A stretch of DNA of 64,000 nucleotides from the human T2T-CHM13v2.0 reference genome, Homo sapiens, in assembly GCF_009914755.1 (NCBI RefSeq), contig NC_060933.1; one strand, given 5' to 3'. The notes below the pieces were generated by a model. That model was not told the origin of the DNA. It searched no databases and saw only the letters and a list, made by a program, of their open reading frames with translations. Shown in pieces: positions 53,660-64,000 of this stretch. Numbering within the stretch: position 1 is the stretch's first letter; each line of letters begins with the position of its first letter. Both the position numbers and the translations under genes were made by a program.

Positions 53660-56366
53660 ATGGAAGGCTAGAATGTCAGAGGTAAAGTTTGGTGAAGTTA
53701 CTGGGTCAGCTCTGTACACTAAAAAAAAAAAATGCTTGAAAATCATCCAGGATGTCTGCTGGGCCATCTTCAGATGGAGGTGGTGTTCTTTGGCAAGTGG
53801 TAGTCAACACAGCGGGAAAAAAATAGAGGAATGAAATGGATGGTGGTACAAGATGATGGCCTACAATTAATGGAGAGGGGGCGACACTGAAAATCTCTGG
53901 GGGGCGAGTAAATATTAAAGGTGATTGGATTTTTTAAAATGAGAGAAAATGTAGAAACAAAACACAGTGTGAGGTTGAGTAAGATGGAGATGATAAGATA
54001 GAAGAAATCTGGGTGGGGACATGAAGCTGGAGCAGACGAGGGGAGTGCAAGGCCCAGAATGTGCTTTGGAGATGAATGGAGAACTTAGGGACAATAAAGA
54101 CTGTGTAGAGAGAGAAAGATGGAGTAAGAAAAAGAGAGGGACTGGCAGCTGCAGTGGCACATGTGCACTGAAGCAAGCTCGTGGCTACTGCTGTACCTCC
54201 ATCTCTCTGGCTCTCTCTCCTCCTCCCCAGCCTCCAAGGGGCCAGCATGAAAATGCAGAGGACAGAGATGTGTGCTAAGCACGGCACTCATATGGTGTAC
54301 CCCCAGTTGGGAGACTAAAGCTGTGCTAGTAGGGGCATAAGATAGCTGGGTGCTCTCTGGTGTGAATTTGGGGTAGAAAACTAACCATCTGACATAGCCG
54401 TAGTAGGTACATTGGTCGCCTTTTCCTTCGTGTGCTTGGAGGTAGAAGGGCGAACTGTTTCTGAGAGTGGAGAATGCCCTTTCCATCCTTTCTCTACCAT
54501 TGCATGACAGGGCATGGGCAATGCTGTTTTCTTAGGCAGGAAGTCTATGTCCAGGGAAGGAGCATGAGAGACAAGGGGACTCCTAAAGGGAGGCCGGAAG
54601 GAGAGGATTCTGGGGTGGGGAAGAAGCGGACGCCTCCATCGGGCTGTATGCCAGCCTGAGGTATGAAAGGCTCACCACAGGGTCATGCTCAGAGGATGGC
54701 CGGTCCTTACAAGGGCACAGGGCTGCTGACGGGATACGCTGCTATGTGGGAGGAATTTGCCAAATGACAACCTTGGATGAAGAACTGCTCAAGTCTTTTT
54801 TTGGTGTCCGTTGTGAGCTCACACAGAGGAAACCTACCTACCAATGCAGAAACTGGATGAACAGGGGAGAAGTCAGAAAGCCCTTTATTGTGGATCACGG
54901 GGCAGTGAGGGGTGCCCTACCCACACATGGCATCCAGCAGGCAACAGTACCCTGACCTTCCTCCCAAGTTGTAGTTAGACATCCCTACGGAACAAATAAG
55001 AAAGGGCTCTCACATGGCTATATATTTAGACAAATACACAGATCAACTGACGTATTCATCAATGGATGCACAGATAGGCACATTCATACCTGGAACCTAG
55101 TGGGGCACACATTTTGAAAACACATTTTTCTGTAAGGTGATCTTGATAACATCCAGTGGTCACTGAGTGCCTACTTGGACATTATGTTGAGTACTTCACA
55201 TTTAATTGGCACAATACCCCTTTAGGTAGAAACCGTAAGTTGCCCCATGGTCTGGCTTGGGCAGTGATGCACTAGAGTTTGAGCTCCTGCTCAGGGTCTC
55301 ACCACCGGGCATGTAGCCAGATACAGGGCTCTAGCCCTCAGTGCTGCAGGGCCTACCCCGGAAAAAACCACCCCCTCTCCCAGTTTAATGCAAACAAGGA
55401 GAGCGGCTGGAGTGAATGGAAAGCACCATCACACTTTGAGGCAGATGAACCTTGATGAAGATGAGCAATGAAATGTATTGTGGGAAGTCAGTGATGCTAA
55501 GGAGCCATGGCTGGAAGGTTCTGCCGAGGCAGCAGGTGTGGAGGCTGAGGCACTGAGGGGCCACACCTTGCACAGGCTCCCCAGTTTGTCTCCACTGGAT
55601 GATGTACCCCCTCTGTAAACCTTGTTTTGAACACACCTCTCCACGTAAGAGATGAAAAAAATATTAAGAGAAGCTCTAGTATGTTCTCCCTGCCCCCGCG
55701 GCCCTGCTTGTGTGTCCCGCCTCACACCGGGGCATCTGGGAGCTGCAGAGATGGGGAATAGGAAAAGCGATTTCGGGTCTATTGGCTCAGGCTTAAACAG
55801 TGAAAGAGAAGTTGGATAGGCGGAACTTGTATAAAAAGGTTTAAGGGCTTTCTCAGTAAGAGGCTTAATGAGGGCTAATATATGCCATCTAATATGCAGC
55901 ATCTATTTTTAGGAAAGCTTGATTTTGCTAAGTGTCTCTGAGATGTTAGGATTCAGATGGTAGGGCAAATGACGGCTTTGGAATAAGGTGTTCTTATGTA
56001 AATCCCCAGGCTCTGCAGCCAATGAGATGACCCATTCCAATTACAAGGGGGATATGGGAGGAGGTAGAGGCCCCAAAGGGTAGGATCAGGGGCCGGCTGT
56101 GGAGCCAGCTCTGCCCTGAAGGGGCTGAAGCCCACCCGGCCTGCAGCTGCTTCCTGCTGCAGGACAGCCCTGGAAGGTCTGCAGCTCCCGTCAAAGGTAT
56201 TGTCTCCCTCCGTGTCCACTTTGCTAAACTGTGATGTGATCAGCGTAATCAACCTGAAAATCTGCAGACATATCATGCCAGAGACACAGCCTGCAGCTTA
56301 ATTTTAAGAATGCTTCACTCCATGATTCCTTTGATTCAGCTGGGGTGGGAGCTGCTGGGAGGTGAT

Positions 56367-56384
56367 ATGCAAATTTATGCAAAT
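56367..56384 (+). promoter_or_regulatory. Tandem octamer motifs (ATGCAAAT x2)
   Basis: ATGCAAAT-TT-ATGCAAAT in repeat-free sequence. Confidence 0.45.
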
Positions 56385-56701
56385 GAGAAGCAATTCAGAG
56401 TAGCTCAGAGTCCAGATCCCTTTTGTTCTTGGCTGTAGTGGGATTGGGTTCCTGGGCTGAGGAGAGCAGGACTGTCTTATGAACATCTTGCCCCTGAGGG
56501 TAAATGCTATAGTTTCTCAAACCTCTGCTAGTTGTTAAATTGTCTGCAAGTATTTTGACCTGGTTGAAGCTAATTTGAATTTATAACTAACTGTAACAGG
56601 GCACTGAAAAATTAAATTAATTGCAACTAAATTGACTTAAAAAAGAATTCACCAGGTTTTAGTTCCATTTGGACGTTCAGTCCTATTTTGATCCGGTGTG
56701 A

Positions 56702-57020
<319 letters not shown>

Positions 57021-57669
57021 GTCTCTGTCACTTTTAAAAATGACACCTGGGACCTTGACAGGCTGTAGCCCTGAGGCAAGTGCCATACCTTTAGATGGTC
57101 TCCAGTTCTAGGTTCTACTAAAAGAAGACCTGATAAAGTGGCTATATTTTAAATTCTGGAAAGCCTGGCCACCCCACGAAGTCCCTGGTGAAATCTGCAT
57201 GTCACTTAGGTTGGCAATGCCTGCGCCCTCCCTAGTGGTGCCAGCAAGGCAGTCATTTCTCTAACCTACCAGCTGCTCCTGTGAAAAGGGAGCATTCAGT
57301 GCAGAAAACTAGGAGGGAAAGGAACTCACCTCCACTTCCTGGGTGCTGATGAAAGATGCTGACATCTCCCCTTCCTCTAGGTGCAGAGGGTGCAGGCCCA
57401 TTTCACAATGGGGAAGACTGATGCTCAGAGAATAGCCAGTATGCTTGATCATACCGGTGGCATGTGGCAGAGAAGGCTGAAGTCCAGGTTCTACTGTTGG
57501 CAAAGCTTGGGCCCTTTCCACTCTGCTGTGCCTTCCTCACCTCCACAGTGACCTGGACATGAAAGGCCCTCTTGGATGAACTGGTAGTGTCACTGGCAGC
57601 AGCTGCTAGGCTACCAGGCTGGGCTGGCTTGCCATCCTGGCTTCCCCACTGGCCGGGTATGTGGACCTG

Positions 57670-58079
57670 TGTGATGGTGGATTGTATGTGCCAACTTGGC
57701 TGGGTCATGGGGTGCCAAGATATTTGGTCAAACATTCTCCTGGGTGTTTCTGTGAAGCTAACTTTAAATCAATGAACTGTGAGGAAAGCAGATTGTCCTC
57801 CCTAATATGGGTGGGCCTCATCAGTTCATTGAAGACCTGAATAGAGCAAAAGGCTGATCTTGCCTGGGAGGAGAGAGTTGCCTTTGGACTTCTCTGCACC
57901 ATCAGCAGACAGCCTTCAGATGCCTGCAGTGTCAGCTCTCCTGGGGCTCCAGCCTGTGGCCCACCATCCAGAGTTTGGAACTTGCCAGTCTCTGTATTCA
58001 TGTGAGCAAAGTCCCCTAGACTTTCTCTCTCTATACACACTTTGCTGGCTATTTTCCTCTGGAGAGCCCTGACTCATAC
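57670..58079 (+). mobile_element. MLT2 (ERVL) solo LTR
   Basis: TGTGATGG..TATGTGCCAACTTGGCTGGG..GATATTTGGTCAAACATT; CTCTGGAGAGCCCTGACTCATAC end. Confidence 0.88.
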
Positions 58080-58171
58080 CGTTGCACTGAGCTTTTTGAC
58101 TTTTCGGATCTCCCGCTTTTCTGTGCTCTGCAATAAATCACCCTTGAATCACAGAAATGGGATGATGAAGG

Positions 58172-58332
58172 CTGGTGGTCTTTAAACTTTAGCAAGAACC
58201 ACAACCATTCAGAGGTTTCTTAAAACTCAGATTGCTGGGTCTCAACCCAGGAGATCCTGATTCAGCAGGTCTGGGATGGGGCCTGGAATTTGCATTTTTA
58301 CATGTTCCTGGGTGGTGCTTTGAAAACGACTT
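58172..58332. mobile_element. MER5A
   Basis: CAGATTGCTGGG..CTGATTCAGCAGGTCTGGGATGGGGCCTGGAATTTGCATTTTTA. Confidence 0.8.
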
Positions 58333-60821
58333 CTGTCAATGACAGTCCGGAACAATGACTGACCTGCTCTAAGCATCTGATAAACAGTGGCTACTGTGCA
58401 TACTGACCCATATGTTCTGAGAAATGTTTCTGTTGTGGGAGGACTAGCAGTCTTGTTGGGATTATTTGGTGTGGACGCAGCTCCCAGGTATCCCTGAACT
58501 CATTTGCAGGAGTGGTGACTTCGGGGAGACTATAAAGGAAGAACTTGGTACCCACAGACCCACCCTAATCAAGCTTGTCATGGTCTCTCCCTGCTTACAG
58601 CACAGATCTTCACGGATTGCAGCATTCAGGACCTGAGTCCATGCCCATGCAGAGGCCCATTGCAGTGTTTGCTTAGCATAGCTGCATTTCCAGAATGTAG
58701 GCAGGAGAAGCTGTAAAAGATTCTCACCCTGCCATGCACACTGATGGCTCACATTCTAAAGAGTCAGGTGAGTGAAGTTTAACTGGACTTTGAAGACTGA
58801 AAAATTTTTATGTTTGGTACTTTTTAGAATAAGTGAGTGTATTTTAAAACTCTGATCAAAAATCGTGGCTGGTTTAAGGGGTTATGCCAATCTGGATTCT
58901 ATTGTTTCAAAAAGGGAAGAAAATCAAAGAGGCTAGTCTGAATCTTCAGACTCTTTGGAGATTGAGAGCCAGGGCCTATGGTCCCAAATTTGGGAGAAAA
59001 TTCTTTTGAGATGACACATTTTATTTTAAGGTGCCTTTGTCAAATTCCACAGGGCATCAGGAGCAGTGTTCTGCACCCTGAGGGTGGGGCGTTAGCTGTG
59101 CCTGCTGCTGTGGGATTCCTATCACAGGGGACTGGGTCACCATGGAATGACTGATGAGCTCCTTCTCTCCTCTGTGTCCGGAACATAGGCAGCAATGGCA
59201 CTGCATACACAAGGGTAACTCACACAGCTGCCTGCGACCACCTGCCCTTCACAGCCCAGATGAGCCATCATTTTACATTAGTAACTGCTTTACTTCCCCA
59301 CGCCAAAGGCAGAACTAGAGTGCTGAGCTGCAGCAAGTGACCCCAGTCCCATCCAAGCCCATGGCCGACTCAGACGCGGGTGGGCCTGGGCAGCTGCTGG
59401 CCTCCACAGTGAGGAGAGGGACAGTGAGCGGGTATGGGCAGAGAGCCCATGGCAGTCCAAGGACCTCAGCCCAGGGCAGCTCCCTTGACTTCAGGGTTTT
59501 TAACTGAGCCCATTGTTGGGAAGAACCCTGGGACAGTTGATGGACACAGCCTTGGTCAGTGGCTGCCCAGCTCAGAGGCTCTGTGGAGGCTCCTGGGGAC
59601 GGGCAAGGCTGGGCTGCTCGTGCCACGCTATCAGGGACTCAGGAGGGGTATAGACCGGGATTAAAACCCCCTATTTGATTCCTGCTCTCTTCCCAGGCAG
59701 GGGGAGCTTGGATATCGCTCAGGGTCGATTATGTTTAGGATTAAATGGGGATGCTATAGTCTTTTGGGGAGCTGGCAAGAATGAGGACTCTGACACAGCA
59801 GGTCTGGGGTGGGGTCTGAGGGTTTGGCTTGCTACCCAGCTCCTGGGAGAGGTTGTTGGTTTACAAGCCACACTTTGAATAGCAGGGTTCTAGTCTCCAT
59901 GGATGCTCCTCTTGATAGAGACAAAAGCCAACTTTGTAATCCTGGATGTAAATTTGAGTAGGGAAAGTCTCTCCTTGTTTTCTAACTTCCGTTGGCACTG
60001 ATTTTCATCTCTTAATGACAAACTCTGTACTGTTAGGGGCCATATGTATGTGTGGCTTCAGCAGTGCTTGGCAAAAATGTCCCTGTGTACATGAACTCTT
60101 GATTGGCTGAATGAAAAAGGTCAGTGATGTCTCCCGCTAAAGCATTTATAGGAGCAAGGCACATTTTCCAGTTTGGTAAAAGAGGAGGTCAACCTTTGCA
60201 TGTGGGTCTCGTGAGAGATTTCCAATTCGTTCCAGCGACAGGCCCTGGATTCTTAGAACGTCTGCCTGGTGACTTACCAGCTTGAATTTCTCAGGCCTGC
60301 CCGCCAGGCTCTCCTAGTCTGACGCAGAACATGTCACCAACTTCGTGGCTACCATCTCCATTAGAGGCATCGATTGCTTCAAATGCTCACTCCTGATGGA
60401 AGCCAAGGGTCATAGTCCCAAGTCCACACTTTCTCTCCTCTCTCAGTGACAATCCAGTCCCAGTAGGACGGTGACCCTGGGACTCGAGCTGTGTTCAGAG
60501 TCACCTCTTTTCGCTTTGATGTGCTCACTTTGCCTGATTTGAATTCACTCAGTCTTCCTCTTTCTCTGGCACATTCAATGCTTTGGGTTCAGTTCGTCTT
60601 GCTACCCAATTCCCTCCAGGGCTGACCATTTCCAAACCTTCAACCCTCACTCCCTTTCTCCCAATCCCACTCCAGCCTCACCTACTCCACAGACCTTTCC
60701 AGGGGACGTTCAGCTGCTGCCCTTCTCTGTCCTCCCATGGACATACATTACCTTCTTCAGTTGCAGCTGAGGTGTCTTCACATTGCACTGTTTTCTCTAG
60801 TGTGTTTGTTCACGTGTCTTA

Positions 60822-61415
<594 letters not shown>

Positions 61416-63229
61416 CTACATCACAATTTACAATGTGGCACAATTATTCTGTAGCATTTGCATGTTAAATGGGCAAGAAAACTTAAAAAAGAATTCATTG
61501 AATGTCTCTGGTTAGAAAACAAAGACTCACCTCCTTTGTCAGAGAAGTGACCTTTAGAAACCAGGCTTGCAGATGATACAAGATAAACTAAGATAAACTT
61601 AACACCTGCAGTTTACACTGACATTCACATTTGCTAGCCTTAGGGACTCTCTCCAATGTTGTGAGGCTTTTCACATCACTTGAAAAGGAGCAAGAAAGAC
61701 CTAGAATTCTTGAGTTTCATTAGGAACCTCCAGGGATGGAGGGGGCTGAGTATTTCTATCAGCCTGGTGGCTTGGAGCCCTGAGCTAGTGGCCCTCAAAT
61801 ATTTTAAGGTCGATTTGTGTCTGTCCTGAACCTCATTCACATGCAAATTCTTTTTAAATAGAAATTTGTAAATGGCGTGCACACCTCTAAGAGCGCTGCA
61901 GCTACTTGTCCAGTGTCTTGCCTTCTTTCTGAGTTACTGTTGGAGCCACGGCCAAAATTAGAGAGGCGTTTTCTGTAATGCTGAGAAAAGCAGGAAGCGG
62001 TGAGACGCTTGTAGCAGAACACGCAAAACTGTTTGGCGGTGGCCCCCCCTCCACCTCCCACCCACCGCTCTGTAATTTCCCCAGGCAAGGCTGAAGGAGC
62101 CTTTCTTGGAAAACCCCTGATAACGTTGCTACACAAAGGTTGGGAGAGTCCCTGACGGCCTGTGAGGGACCATGTGGGGCTGGGGGTGGATAGGGGAGCT
62201 TGACTCTGCAGTCCCCAGGGCAGTCTGAGTCCCCAGTGCCTGGCGTGGGTGAGCTCAGGGCTGCTCCGTATGGGGGCATCCAGGCCTGGCTGCTGATGCC
62301 CTGTGGCTGAGGACACCTCCATCTGCATGAGCCAGTTTGGAAGTCCAGCTTGCCCCCCAGGCAGTGGAGGCCAGTAAGGGCTTCTCCCCAGATTGACCAC
62401 TCAGATCAAATTGATCCAGGTGTTGAGACAGAATTGGCCCCATTTTCTGCTAATTTCCATTCTCTGATTGTGCTGCCTGCTACAGGAGTCATTTTGGATT
62501 TGGGCTGACCTGGTAGACTTCTGAAAGACAGTGCTCTGGGTTCAAGTTGTCCTCAGGTAAGTTATTACCTAATTGCCTCCAGCACCATCCCGTTCCAAAC
62601 CCTCACTCCCTCTTCTTCCTTTCCCACTCCAGCCTTATCTTCTCTACGGTCCCTCTGCAGGTTGCGTCCAGCAGCTGGACTCTTCTAAGAGCGTGGTATC
62701 AGTGCAAGATGCTATTTGGTGCTTCCTAGGTAGATACTGTAGTAAGTCCAGGTTTTATGGGACTGATGCTGGAGTGCCTGCTATGAGAAAGAACACAGAA
62801 TTACAACACAATTTACATTCCCCCCCACCCCCACCTCTAGGAGGGGTTAGAATGTGAACTGCTGGCAGACTGAACCCACTGCAGTTCAAATCCCTTACTT
62901 TGTCAAATTTAAGAAAAGGTATAATAATGATTATCTGTTGCTAAGGCACCTCTCAATACCATGAGTGGCCTGTGTAGGTGAAGGGTCTTTAGGCCTAGTC
63001 ATCATCAAGGCATGGAGGGGTCCGTGTCATAGCTAGTAACATGGTTCTAGAACATTTCAGAAGCACCAACACCATGCTTTGGCCATGGCATTTATTTTAA
63101 AATAGTATCCCCATATGTGATAGCAATACTAGAGGAAATACGTAACAGAAGGGATCTTCCCACATTCCATCATCCTGGCAAAACAGCTGCTCTCTTCTCA
63201 GTACAAATGCATGTTTCTAAACAGTTGTA

Positions 63230-63960
63230 ATGACAACCTTGGAGTGAGGAAGGCCTTTCTAAGAAAGACACAAAAACCTGGAAAAGATTGACACACATAA
63301 AAATAAAATAATGTGGGCAACGCATTTCCAAGTCTAAAGACAAATGGAAATGTGGGAAAATATTTACAACTCATATCGTAGACAAGGAGCTAATTTTCCT
63401 AATTTATGAAGAACTCCTATAAATCAATAACAAAAAGACCAATAGTTCAAAAGGATTAAAATATATTAATAAAAGTTTTCAGACAAGGGAATACAAACAG
63501 TTTTAAGCACATGAAATATGTAAGAGCTATATTGAAATTTTTAAAGAGCAGGGTTTTTTAAAATTTTATTTTTATTTTTTGAGACAGAGTTTCATTCTGT
63601 GGCCCAGGCTGGAGTACAGTGTCGCGATCTCTCAGCTCACTGCAACCTCCACCTCCCGGATTCAAGCAATTATCCTGCCTCAGCCTCCTGAGTAGCTGGG
63701 ATCACAGGCACCTGCCACCACTCCCAGCTAAGAGCAGGGTTTTTTGTTAATGTAGGAAATCCGAAGGCCCAAATTCTTTGTGGAAGAAGAATAAAACTGG
63801 ACTACTCACTCTGTCCGAAGGAAAGATCTGTTAGAAAGCTAGAGGAATTAAGACGGTGTGATGTTTGCACACGAATGGACAGATCAGTGTAAAAAAAGAC
63901 ATTGCTAACTTAAAAATCACACAATCTATAAGTTTGGAAAAGGAGACTTGATGGTTACAG
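63230..63960 (+). mobile_element. Old L1 ORF2/3' fragments interrupted by an Alu
   Basis: GGAAAATATTTACAACTCATAT, GAACTCCTATAAATCAATAA and TGGAAGAAGAATAAAACTGG motifs. Confidence 0.65.
63560..63729 (-). mobile_element. 5'-truncated Alu (right monomer) with 16-bp TSD
   Basis: AAGAGCAGGGTTTTTT at 63544 and 63730. Confidence 0.92.
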
Positions 63961-64000
63961 CCATCAACGTGGCCATCCCTTAGACCAGGAAGCTTGCCTT

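Overview
This is primate, almost certainly human, genomic DNA. It holds about 17 Alu copies, MaLR/ERVL/ERV9 solo LTRs (MLT1, MST, THE1, MLT2, LTR33-like, LTR12), old L1/MIR and DNA-transposon relics, and two long tandem repeats: a ~1 kb GGT/GAT triplet tract and a ~1.1 kb 16-17 bp minisatellite. I see no credible protein-coding gene; the long ORFs come from repeats or chance. Splice and polyA signals support plus-strand spliced lncRNA(s): a candidate first exon in a CpG-rich MSTA LTR, an internal exon at ~24849-25303, and terminal exons at 33356-~33580 and ~45603-46120. The first ~3.3 kb may be the 3' end of an upstream transcript. The most unusual items are a solo LTR12 with a ~170 bp near-pure C/G expansion and a remodelled TATA/polyA region, a 183-codon antisense ORF that exists only across a sense-strand splice junction, two inverted-repeat structures and a double-octamer enhancer candidate. 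The locus could not be verified without alignment, and repeat subfamily names are from memory of the consensus sequences.
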